This document shows positions 43,941 through 52,818 of a stretch of 54,572 bases of DNA, in pieces. The DNA lies in the NCBI GenBank assembly GCA_043785065.1, contig JAYVXT010000108.1, forward strand, positions 1-54,572. Reading direction: 5' to 3'. Position numbers and translations under genes: made by a program. Source of the stretch: Bryobacterales bacterium (GTDB lineage Bacteria; Acidobacteriota; Terriglobia; Bryobacterales; Bryobacteraceae). Positions within the stretch are counted from its first letter, which is position 1. The number at the start of each line of letters is the position of its first letter. Below the pieces are notes generated by a model, which saw nothing but the letters and a program-made list of their open reading frames with translations, searched no databases and was not told the origin of the DNA.

Positions 43941-45637
43941 CCATGAATAACTTGAAACTAATTCTATTCATCGCACTTCCCCTGAGTCTGGCTGCCCAAG
44001 GGCTTGATCCTCGCTCACTTACTAAGCCGCTTTCCGATGAATGGCCCACTTACTCTGGCGACTATACCGGCAAGCGCTACAGCCTTCTGAAACAGATCGA
44101 CCGAAGTAACGTCAAAAACCTAAGCTTAGCTTGGACTAGCCGCGTAACTCCCGGCGCGGGAACGCAAGGCCCTGGTGGTGGACGCGGGGGTTTTGGGGGT
44201 GGTGGTGGCGCTCCGACTATCGTTGGCGGGGAGGGTACTGGCGAAGTTGGGGGCGGCGGATTCGGCGGCGGTTCTTCAATTCGCGCTTCCATTCTGGCCG
44301 TGGATGGCATCCTTTACCTTTCGATGCCCGACAATGCCTGGGCTGTTGACGGGCGCGACGGCCGAACCCTGTGGCGCTACTACTGGAAGACCAAAGGCGG
44401 AACACACATTGGCAACCGCGGGTTGGGCATGTGGAACAACCGGCTCTATATGGAAACGCCGGACGACTTCCTGGTTTGCCTCGACGCTAAGACTGGCAAG
44501 GAATTGTGGCACAAGCCTATGGCCGATTTCAGCCTGCAATACTTTTCGACCATGTCTCCTATCGTGATCGGCAACCACATTATCGTGGGCACGGGCAACG
44601 ATCTTGACGAACCAGGTTATGTGCAATCGCGCGATCCGGAAACCGGCGAAGTGCAGTGGACCTTCAATACCGTTCCGATGAATAAGGGCGACGCTGGTCT
44701 TGAAACTTGGGGCAGCCTGGACGGCGCGCGGCATGGCGCCGGCAACGTTTGGATTCCCGGCGTCTACGATCAAGACACGAAACTCTACATCTTCGGCACG
44801 GGTAATCCTTCACCGGCATATACGAATCCCAAGAGCCGCGATGGCGATAATCTTTATACCTGTTCGATTGTGGCGATCAACATCGATACCGGTAAGATGG
44901 CTTGGTATTACCAGCTGAATCCGCATGACACGCATGATTGGGATTCCACCGAGACGCCGATTATGGTGGATGGCGATTTTAAGGGCAAGCAGCGCAAGAT
45001 GGTGGTGCATGCCGACCGTAACGGTTACTTCTATGTGCTGGACCGGCTAACCGGCGAGCACTTATTGACGAGTAAGTTCTCCTCAACCGTGAATTGGGTG
45101 AAAGAGATTAACGCCAAAGGGCAGACGATTCGCGATCCGAAGAAGGATTCGATTGTGGCCGGCGCTTTGGTTTCGCCGAACAATGCTGGGGCGACAAACT
45201 GGCCCCCCGCCGCCTATTCGCCGGATACCGGACTGTTCTATGCGCCGACTAGCGACACCTACGCGATGTATTATTTGACCGAAACCGACCCGCGCGGCGC
45301 GATGGGGCTGGGCGGCAAGGACGAGCAACAGCTTGCTTCCTTGGGGACGCATTTGACGGCGATTGACTACAAGACCGGCAAGATCGCCTGGCAGCATACT
45401 TACCCGGGAACGGGGGGCTTTGGCGCCGGGAATGGGATTTTAGCCACTGCGGGTAAGCTGGTTTTCGCCGGTGATCAGAGTGGAAATTTCATTGCCTTTG
45501 ATGCCGGTAACGGAAAGATCCTGTGGCATGCGCGAATCGGCAATGTCAGTAATGCGCCGCAGACTTACTTGCTCGACGGAAAACAGCATGTGTTAGTTGC
45601 CGCCGGGGATGCTTTGTTTGATTTCTATTTGCAGTAA
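43937..45637 (+). CDS. PQQ-dependent dehydrogenase, methanol/ethanol-family beta-propeller (divergent, no vicinal Cys-Cys)
   Basis: The signal peptide is MTMNNLKLILFIALPLSLAAQ. Family hallmarks are EWPTYSGDYTGKRYS, LVCLDAKTGKELW, DNLYTCSIVAINIDTGKMAWYYQLNPHDTHDWD, RNGYFYVLDRLTGE and AFDAGNGKILW. Confidence 0.88.
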   Translation: MTMNNLKLILFIALPLSLAAQGLDPRSLTKPLSDEWPTYSGDYTGKRYSLLKQIDRSNVKNLSLAWTSRVTPGAGTQGPGGGRGGFGGGGGAPTIVGGEGTGEVGGGGFGGGSSIRASILAVDGILYLSMPDNAWAVDGRDGRTLWRYYWKTKGGTHIGNRGLGMWNNRLYMETPDDFLVCLDAKTGKELWHKPMADFSLQYFSTMSPIVIGNHIIVGTGNDLDEPGYVQSRDPETGEVQWTFNTVPMNKGDAGLETWGSLDGARHGAGNVWIPGVYDQDTKLYIFGTGNPSPAYTNPKSRDGDNLYTCSIVAINIDTGKMAWYYQLNPHDTHDWDSTETPIMVDGDFKGKQRKMVVHADRNGYFYVLDRLTGEHLLTSKFSSTVNWVKEINAKGQTIRDPKKDSIVAGALVSPNNAGATNWPPAAYSPDTGLFYAPTSDTYAMYYLTETDPRGAMGLGGKDEQQLASLGTHLTAIDYKTGKIAWQHTYPGTGGFGAGNGILATAGKLVFAGDQSGNFIAFDAGNGKILWHARIGNVSNAPQTYLLDGKQHVLVAAGDALFDFYLQ

Positions 45638-45743
45638 CTGGCGCCGCCGCGGACCAACGGGAATCAAAATCTCTCAGACAAAGTTAGGCGGACAGGGGTC
45701 CGGCTGCGATAGAATCAACCTCTTGGACAAAGGAGAATTCCCA

Positions 45744-46751
45744 ATGAAACGACTACTCACCCTCACCCTGCTTACTTCGCTTGCCCTTAGCGCTCAGACG
45801 CTGAAAATTGTCACCAGTGGACAAACGCCCGACGTCATTCACGACTGGCAATCCGCTTCGTCTAAAGTTCGCATCGTCAACGCCACGCCGGCCTCGCTAG
45901 ACAAGGAACTTGTGGATGCCGACGCCTATGTTGGAGAAATCACGCCGGAACAAGTGCGCCTGGCGAAGAAACTGAAATGGGTGCAAATCACCAGCGCCGG
46001 GGCCGAAAAAGTGCTCCACAAATCCGGGGGCAACGACCTGCGCGATAGCAACATTGTCCTCACCAACAACCAAATCGTTCAAGGCCCGGAAATCGCCGAT
46101 CACGCCATGGCCATGTTGCTTGCGCTTGCCCGTGGCTTGCCGAAGTTTTTCGCCGACCGCCAAACGGAAACCTGGAACCCGCGTCCTTATCCCGGTATTG
46201 AACTGAACGGAAAAACAGCCGTGGTAATTGGCGTGGGCGGTATCGGAACGCAAATCTCGGTGCGCGCCTGGGCCCATGGCATGAAGGTGATCGGCGTCGA
46301 CCCGGAAGACATTCCGTTCACTCCGTTCATCAGCAAAGTTGTGAAGCCCGACCAATTGAACGAGGTTCTGCCCGAAGCGGATGTACTGTTCATCTCCGTG
46401 CCGCACACCGAAAAGAGCCACAAAATGATGGGCCCGCAACAATTCGAGCTGATGAAGAAGGGGTCGTATTTCATCGCCGTCAGCCGCGGTGGCATCTATG
46501 ATTTGCCCAGCCTGGTGAAAGCTCTCGACAGCCAACGCTTAGCTGGCGCGGGTGTTGACGTTACAGACCCGGAACCGCTGCCCCCCGGCAATGCGCTTTG
46601 GAAATTCAACAACGCAATCATTACACCGCACATCGCCGGCCGTTCCGATAAAGACCGCGCCCGCATGCTCGGCACGGTGAAAGCAAATATCGCGCGCTTT
46701 GCCGATGGCAAGCCGTTGATTAACGTTGTCGACAAGCAGAAAGGCTACTAG
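45744..46751 (+). CDS. D-isomer-specific 2-hydroxyacid dehydrogenase family protein with N-terminal signal-peptide-like extension
   Basis: AGGAG at 45731-45735 precedes ATG 45744 (MKRLLTLTLLTSLALSAQT). The NAD fold is VVIGVGGIGTQISVRAWAHGMKVIGVD. The catalytic Arg/Glu/His contexts are VSRGG, DVTDPEPLP and ITPHIAGRS. Confidence 0.85.
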   Translation: MKRLLTLTLLTSLALSAQTLKIVTSGQTPDVIHDWQSASSKVRIVNATPASLDKELVDADAYVGEITPEQVRLAKKLKWVQITSAGAEKVLHKSGGNDLRDSNIVLTNNQIVQGPEIADHAMAMLLALARGLPKFFADRQTETWNPRPYPGIELNGKTAVVIGVGGIGTQISVRAWAHGMKVIGVDPEDIPFTPFISKVVKPDQLNEVLPEADVLFISVPHTEKSHKMMGPQQFELMKKGSYFIAVSRGGIYDLPSLVKALDSQRLAGAGVDVTDPEPLPPGNALWKFNNAIITPHIAGRSDKDRARMLGTVKANIARFADGKPLINVVDKQKGY

Positions 46752-46761
46752 ATCATAATAA

Positions 46762-46790
46762 GCTCGCCGGCCAACATAAAGCCGGCGAGC
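46762..46790 (+). terminator. Perfect 10-bp GC-rich hairpin (GCTCGCCGGC-N9-GCCGGCGAGC) 11 nt after the dehydrogenase stop
   Basis: Arms at 46762-46771 and 46781-46790. No U-tract follows, so it may be a U-tract-less terminator or an RNA-stability element. Confidence 0.4.
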
Positions 46791-46955
46791 CGCGACCTCG
46801 CGAACTTGCGTTGTAATCATCGGGTATTCCCTAATACTAAGTGTCATGGCTTATCGTGTGGCAGGTTACGAACAAACCACCTCCCGTCGAATCGATGCTT
46901 TGGACCATTAAGAAAATATGATTTTGTTTACGGATGCCTGAAATATATTTCAGAC

Positions 46956-48233
46956 TTAACGTTCGCGCCATAGCCGTTGTGCTGCAAACCAAAGCCCCGC
47001 CGGAACCAGCATCACCAACCCATTGATAACCGCAATGCGCTGCACGGGAATGCCGCGGTCCACGAAGTACCCCGCCACCGCGCTTGATGCGGCCATCGTT
47101 ACCACCCCAAGGCTGAATTCGGCGGAGAACACGCGGCCCCGGTAGCGGTCGTCCGTGGACAGTTGCAACAGCGTCGTGGAAAAAACCCAGACCATCGCTA
47201 GCCCCGCGTGGGCCGCCATCACGCCGGGCACCGCAAATAGCAGCGTTGAACTTACACCTAACAACACATACCCCGCGCATGCCAGTATCATGCCGCACAG
47301 AATCGCGTACCGCATGCGCTTTTGCGAATTACCCGCAATCCCTGAAATGGTGACCGGACCAAGAATCGCGCCCAACCCGCGCGCGCCCATCAAAAGACTT
47401 TGCCCCAACATGCCGGCTTTCTCCGGGCCGAAAGTGGAATCCATCACCGGGAAAATGCGCAAACCTAAAATCGGAAGAATTACCCAGTTCGATCCCAACA
47501 ACCCAAGGCCGGCTTTACAGAACATCGTCGCCAATAGCCGGCCATCTTTCCTAACGTAACGTAACCCTTCGGCAATCGGCGTGAAATCGAACATTGACCG
47601 CCAAGTGAAATCCGGGTGGCCTTCCATGTGGGGTTCCACAAAACTCATCCTGCGAATCAGCAATGCCGAAGCGACGAACGAAAGGCTGTTCACCACGAAC
47701 ATCGCCTCGCGCCCAAAGGCCGCGGTAAACACACCGCCCAAAGCAAAACCCATCATGAAATTGAACGACCAGGTAATGGACGACAGCGTGTTGGCCGGCG
47801 TCATATCCCTGGCATTCGTGATATTTGGGATTACCCCATGATGCGCTGGTTCAAACAATGCCCACATCACCGTTTCCAAAAACAACAACACGTAGATAAA
47901 CCAGATCGTTTCCGGCGTGGTCACAAACAGCATCAACAACACGATCACGGCGCGGGACCAGTCGGCGAAGATCATGATACTCTTGCGGCTTAGTCTGTCA
48001 TTCAGCACTCCCGCCGCGGGCGAAGTCAAAACCTGCGGCAGCACCTGCATGACGAACGCGAGCGCAATGGATTCGGCCCTTCCCGTGAATTTCAGCAGCA
48101 AGCTGTAAACGGCCAGGGAATAAAACCAATCGCCAAGTTCGCTGACGATTTGTGCAAACCACAGCAAGCGGAAGTTGCGATTCTCCCGCAGGATGCGCGC
48201 GTAGTCGCGGAATGAAAACGCGTCGGAGGCCAT
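46956..48233 (-). CDS. MFS transporter (EntS/MFS_3-like)
   Basis: 425 aa with about 12 hydrophobic segments. The N-terminus NRNFRLLWFAQIVSELGDWFYSLAVYSLLL is typical of this MFS subgroup. It begins 4 nt downstream of trpS. Confidence 0.85.
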   Translation of the reverse strand: MASDAFSFRDYARILRENRNFRLLWFAQIVSELGDWFYSLAVYSLLLKFTGRAESIALAFVMQVLPQVLTSPAAGVLNDRLSRKSIMIFADWSRAVIVLLMLFVTTPETIWFIYVLLFLETVMWALFEPAHHGVIPNITNARDMTPANTLSSITWSFNFMMGFALGGVFTAAFGREAMFVVNSLSFVASALLIRRMSFVEPHMEGHPDFTWRSMFDFTPIAEGLRYVRKDGRLLATMFCKAGLGLLGSNWVILPILGLRIFPVMDSTFGPEKAGMLGQSLLMGARGLGAILGPVTISGIAGNSQKRMRYAILCGMILACAGYVLLGVSSTLLFAVPGVMAAHAGLAMVWVFSTTLLQLSTDDRYRGRVFSAEFSLGVVTMAASSAVAGYFVDRGIPVQRIAVINGLVMLVPAGLWFAAQRLWRER

Positions 48234-48237
48234 AAGA

Positions 48238-49227
48238 CTAAGCCAGTGAGTAAAGCCCCATTCGCTTCTTAGTCAATTCAACCGTTTCCCGCGCGATCGG
48301 TGTAACACGCGCGGCCCCTTCCTTCAGAATGCTTGCGATGTAGCCAGGGTCCGCCGTAATTTCCTGATACCTCGCTTGAATGGGCCGAAGGCCTTCCACA
48401 ACCGCCTCCGCCACTGTCTTTTTCAAATCTCCGTAACGCATCCCCTCGAAGTGGCTGCGCATCTGGTCATCGCTCCACTCGGTGAATGCCTGATGAATAC
48501 CCAGCAAATTCACCACTCCCGGCCCGGCGTTTTCAAAACTCACGGCTGGGTTGGAATCCGTCGTCGCCCGCATGATCTTCTTTCGAATCGTCGCTGGCTC
48601 ATCGAGCAACGCGATTGCATGGCCCGCGCCGTCGGCCGATTTGCTCATCTTCATAGTCGGATCATCCAAGCCCATCACGCGAGCCCCAACTGCCGGCAAT
48701 TTCGTTTCGGGAATTACGAACGTATCGCCATAAAGCGAGTTAAACCGCTGCGCAATGTCGCGCGTCAATTCCAGATGCTGGCGCTGATCGTCACCCACCG
48801 GAACAATCTTCGCTTGATATAGGAGGATATCCGCCGCCATTAAAACCGGATACTGCAACAGCCCGGAACCAATCGTTTCTTGCGCTTCAGATTTAGCTTT
48901 AAACTGCGTCATCCGTTCCAGCCAGCCAAGCGGCGTGACACAGGTGAACATCCAAGACAGTTCCGCATGGCCAGGCACGGACGACTGCGCCACAATCGAC
49001 GACTGCTTGGAATCAATGCCGCATGCAATGAACAGCGCCGCAAGTTGATGGATGTTTGTCCGTAACTCTTCCGGCTTCTGATAAACCGTGATGGCGTGCA
49101 GATCGACGATGCAAAAGATGCTCTCGTAATCGTACTGGATCTTAACCCAGTTCTTTAGAGCGCCAAGATAATTTCCGATATGGAGGTTGCCTGTGGGTTG
49201 AACCCCGGAGAGAACGCGAGCTTTCAT
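48238..49227 (-). CDS. trpS: Tryptophan--tRNA ligase
   Basis: Start at ATG 49225-49227 (MKARVLSGVQPTGNLHIGNYLGA). The HIGH-type motif (HIGN) and KMSKS are both present. Confidence 0.95.
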   Translation of the reverse strand: MKARVLSGVQPTGNLHIGNYLGALKNWVKIQYDYESIFCIVDLHAITVYQKPEELRTNIHQLAALFIACGIDSKQSSIVAQSSVPGHAELSWMFTCVTPLGWLERMTQFKAKSEAQETIGSGLLQYPVLMAADILLYQAKIVPVGDDQRQHLELTRDIAQRFNSLYGDTFVIPETKLPAVGARVMGLDDPTMKMSKSADGAGHAIALLDEPATIRKKIMRATTDSNPAVSFENAGPGVVNLLGIHQAFTEWSDDQMRSHFEGMRYGDLKKTVAEAVVEGLRPIQARYQEITADPGYIASILKEGAARVTPIARETVELTKKRMGLYSLA

Positions 49228-49273
49228 GTGTGAAATTCCAGTGTAGCGCGCCGCCCTGCGCGACAATATTAAG

Positions 49274-50464
49274 GTGCGTATTGAAAAACTGGTTTACGGC
49301 GGCGCGGGGCTTTCGCGCAATGATGGCAAAGTGGTGATGACGCCGTTTGTGCTAGCCGGCGAGGACGTTCAAGTCCGCGTGGTGAAAGCGAAGAAAGAAT
49401 TTGACGAGGCTGCCGTGGAGCAGATTCTGGAAGCTTCCCCCTTGCGTGTGGATCCCAACTGCCGCTACTTCGCCACGTGCGGCGGCTGCAATTATCAACA
49501 TACCGGTTACGAAAACCAGATCGAAATCAAGAAAACAGCCCTGCGCGAAGTGCTGCAGCGCGTGGGCCGGATTGAACCGCCGGTCCACATTCACGCCATC
49601 ACCGGCGAGCCTTGGGAATACCGCAATCGCGCGCAGTTTCACATTGACGGTGGCCGCATCGGCTACCGCGAGGCGGGCTCGCACAAGGTTGTGGATGTCG
49701 AGGAGTGCCCCATCGTCTCTCCCAAAATCAATGAGGCCTTGTGCGCTTTACGAGGCATTGTGAAGGACCGGCGCTTTCCGCGATTCCTCGAATCGATCGA
49801 GTTTTTCTCCAACGAAAGCGCAGTGCAGGTAAACGTGATGCAGACCCACGGAGGGTTGCACGTGGCGCGCGCGTTTTTTGATTGGGTGGAAAAGGAAATA
49901 TCCGGCGCCATCTCCGGGCCTCTGGAATACCACGTGATAGGCGAGCGGTTCAAGGTGAGTCATAATTCGTTCTTCCAGATCAATCGCTTTTTGATTCCGC
50001 AATTGGTGGACGCGGCGATTGGGAAGGAAGAAGGGGAAACGGCGATGGACCTTTACGCCGGGGTTGGCCTGTTCACCATTCCTCTTTCGCGACGGTTCAA
50101 GAAAGTGACGGCCGTTGAGATGAGCCGCAGCGGCCATGCGGACCTGGAAGCAAACGTAGCCACCGCGCATCGCAAAGTGGAAGTAGTCCGCAATCAGACC
50201 GAGATGTTTTTGGAAGGCGTCGAAAAGACTCCTGACTTTGTGCTGGCCGACCCGCCACGCGCCGGACTGGGTAAGCCCGTCACCAAGGAACTGCTGCGCA
50301 TTGGAGCCAAGCGCGTGACCATTATTTCGTGCGATCCGCCCACTCTTGCGCGCGATTTGCAGGCGCTTACTGCTGGAGGCTACGCGGTCGAATCGATGAC
50401 ACTTGTGGACTTGTTCCCGCAGACTTATCATATGGAAACAGTTACGAAACTAGTGAAGGGATAG
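49274..50464 (+). CDS. RumA/TrmA-family (uracil-5)-RNA methyltransferase with TRAM domain and Fe-S Cys motif
   Basis: GTG start. It has an N-terminal TRAM-like region, CRYFATCGGCNYQH, SAM-MTase motifs (DLYAGVGLF, ADPPRAGL) and the catalytic-Cys context ISCDPPTLARDL. Confidence 0.88.
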   Translation: MRIEKLVYGGAGLSRNDGKVVMTPFVLAGEDVQVRVVKAKKEFDEAAVEQILEASPLRVDPNCRYFATCGGCNYQHTGYENQIEIKKTALREVLQRVGRIEPPVHIHAITGEPWEYRNRAQFHIDGGRIGYREAGSHKVVDVEECPIVSPKINEALCALRGIVKDRRFPRFLESIEFFSNESAVQVNVMQTHGGLHVARAFFDWVEKEISGAISGPLEYHVIGERFKVSHNSFFQINRFLIPQLVDAAIGKEEGETAMDLYAGVGLFTIPLSRRFKKVTAVEMSRSGHADLEANVATAHRKVEVVRNQTEMFLEGVEKTPDFVLADPPRAGLGKPVTKELLRIGAKRVTIISCDPPTLARDLQALTAGGYAVESMTLVDLFPQTYHMETVTKLVKG

Positions 50465-50485
50465 TCTGGTGAAGGCAAAGTAACG

Positions 50486-52576
50486 ATGAAAATAAATGGG
50501 ACGATTTCTTTAATGCTTTGCTTGGCGGCATCCATGGCGCAAGCGGCCGCGCCTCCGGTCGCAAAGACCAAGGACCATCGGGAGACACGCCACGGCGCCA
50601 CAGTCGTGGATCCGTATTTCTGGCTGCGGGAAAAAACGAATCCGGAAGTTTCCGAATTCCTCGAAGCCGAGAATACGTACACCCTGGACAGTACGAAACA
50701 CCTGAAGCCATTTCAGGACCAGCTTTATAAAGAAATGCTGGGGCACGTGAAGGAAACCGACCTGAGTGTGCCCGTTCGCCGCGGGGTCTATCTTTATTAT
50801 TCGCGCATTGCGGCTGGGCAACAGTATCCGGTGCAATGCCGCAAGAAAGGCGAGAACGGCGCCGAAGAGATTCTGTTGGATCTCAACGAAATGGCCAAAG
50901 GGAAGAAGTTCATCAGCCTGGGAAATATGGCTGTTAGCGAAGACCAGAATCTATTGGCTTTTACCACCGATTACGCCGGCTTTCGCCAGTACAGCCTCAA
51001 CGTTAAGGATCTACGAACTGGTCAGATGCTGCCCGACACCGCTGTGCGCGTGGGAAGCATGCAGTGGGCCTCCGATAATAAAACGATTTTCTTCACAACC
51101 GAAGATGAAATCACCAAACGTTCCGACCATTTGTGGCGCCACACGTTGGGCGAAAAGCAACCTGTAAAAATCTACCGGGAATTGGACGAACTCTACCGTA
51201 TCCGCGTGTCCAAAACCCGCGACAAGAAATATCTGGCGCTGAACATCGGCAGCACTGACGCAAGCGAGGTGCGGCTTCTCCGCGCCGATCAACCACAGGG
51301 CAACTTCTCAGTGTTTCTGCCCCGCCAGAAAAAGCACAAGTACAATGTGGATCATCGCGAAAACCTGTTCTACATTCACAGCAACAAGAATGCCATTAAC
51401 TATCAAATTCTTACGGCCCCGGAGAGCGATCCATCGCCAAAGAATTGGAAAGTTTTTATTCCGCATAACCCCGATGTACTCTCGCAAGGCATCGATTTGT
51501 TTAGCGATTTCGCGGTGGCAATCGAAAGGTGGCAAGGGCTGACGCGCTTACGCGTCCACAGCTTCAAGTCCGGTAAATGGGAGGCCATTTCATTCCCGGA
51601 ACCGGTTTACGCTTCCAACCCCGGAGGAACGGAAGACTACAATTCCAACACCTACCGGTACACCTATCAAAGCTTCGTCACTCCGCCCAGCGTCTTTGAA
51701 TACGATACGGCCAAGGGGCAATCTACGTTGCTTAAGAAGCAGGAAGTTCCCGGTTTCGATGCGTCACAATATGTCGCCGAACGGCAATGGGCCACGGCTC
51801 GCGACGGCGTGAAGGTGCCGCTATCCGTTTTCTACAAGAAGGGTTTCGAGCGAAACGGAAAGGCTCCGCTCTTTCTTTATGCTTATGGCTCCTACGGCGC
51901 AGGGTCGCAAGCAAGCTTTTCAAGCACGCGCTTAAGCTTAGTGGATCGAGGCATGGTTTACGTGATCGCCCACATTCGCGGCGGTAACGAAATGGGCGAG
52001 AAGTGGCACGAAGATGGCATGCTGATGAAGAAGAAGAATACCTTTACCGACTTCATCGATTGCGCCGAATATTTAGTCAAGGAAAAGTGGGCGGCCAAAG
52101 ACCGCATTGTGATTGAAGGCGCAAGCACCGGAGGGCTTCTGATGGGAGCGGTCGTCAACATGCGCCCCGATTTGTTCCGCGCGGTCCATGCGGGCGTTCC
52201 CTTTGTCGACGTAATGAATACAATGCTGGATGCTTCACTACCATTGACGGTGGGGGAATATCTGGAATGGGGCAATCCCAATGATAAGGCCGCCTACGAT
52301 TACATGAAGACTTACAGCCCGTACGACAACTTGGAAAAACGAGCCTATCCGGCTATCCTGGTCACCACCAGTTTCAACGACAGTCAGGTGATGTATTGGG
52401 AGCCCGCCAAATACGTGGCCCGTTTGCGAACCCTGAAGACGGACGGCAATCAACTTTTGTTGAAGACGAAGATGGAGCCCGCCGGGCATGGGGGAGCGTC
52501 TGGCCGCTATGACCGGTTGAAGGATTCAGCCTTTGAATACGCTTGGATGCTTTCGCAAGTAGGAATCTCCAAGTGA
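50486..52576 (+). CDS. S9-family serine peptidase, oligopeptidase-B-like, exported
   Basis: A signal peptide is followed by VVDPYFWLREKTNPEVSEFLEAENTYT. The catalytic Ser context is IEGASTGGLLMGAV, with a later FNDSQV and GHGG region. The protein is 696 aa. Confidence 0.88.
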   Translation: MKINGTISLMLCLAASMAQAAAPPVAKTKDHRETRHGATVVDPYFWLREKTNPEVSEFLEAENTYTLDSTKHLKPFQDQLYKEMLGHVKETDLSVPVRRGVYLYYSRIAAGQQYPVQCRKKGENGAEEILLDLNEMAKGKKFISLGNMAVSEDQNLLAFTTDYAGFRQYSLNVKDLRTGQMLPDTAVRVGSMQWASDNKTIFFTTEDEITKRSDHLWRHTLGEKQPVKIYRELDELYRIRVSKTRDKKYLALNIGSTDASEVRLLRADQPQGNFSVFLPRQKKHKYNVDHRENLFYIHSNKNAINYQILTAPESDPSPKNWKVFIPHNPDVLSQGIDLFSDFAVAIERWQGLTRLRVHSFKSGKWEAISFPEPVYASNPGGTEDYNSNTYRYTYQSFVTPPSVFEYDTAKGQSTLLKKQEVPGFDASQYVAERQWATARDGVKVPLSVFYKKGFERNGKAPLFLYAYGSYGAGSQASFSSTRLSLVDRGMVYVIAHIRGGNEMGEKWHEDGMLMKKKNTFTDFIDCAEYLVKEKWAAKDRIVIEGASTGGLLMGAVVNMRPDLFRAVHAGVPFVDVMNTMLDASLPLTVGEYLEWGNPNDKAAYDYMKTYSPYDNLEKRAYPAILVTTSFNDSQVMYWEPAKYVARLRTLKTDGNQLLLKTKMEPAGHGGASGRYDRLKDSAFEYAWMLSQVGISK

Positions 52577-52658
52577 ACTCCGACTGGCCCTATTCTCACC
52601 ATATCCCGATTCTCACAATATATTGTTGAGTGTTGGAAAGTGGGGCTGGCCCGTGGCC

Positions 52659-52786
52659 GGAGCGCGACTCTCAAAAAGTCGCGCTCCCACGAATCTAAGG
52701 AACCCCCCGCAATTAAGTTAAGTGTTTTTCTGGTGGTTACGGCTTTTAAGCCGTCACGCCGGACGCAAGTCCGGCGAGTCCTGCAT
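52659..52786. repeat. Cluster of three perfect palindromic hairpins (REP-like) in the convergent intergenic region
   Basis: The three hairpins are:
- GGAGCGCGACT-N7-AGTCGCGCTCC (52659-52687).
- ACGGCTT-TT-AAGCCGT (52749-52764).
- CGCCGGAC-GCAA-GTCCGGCG (52767-52786, GNRA loop). Confidence 0.45.
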
Positions 52787-52818
52787 AGAACCGTTTCTAT
52801 TGGTCAAAGACGCAGCCC

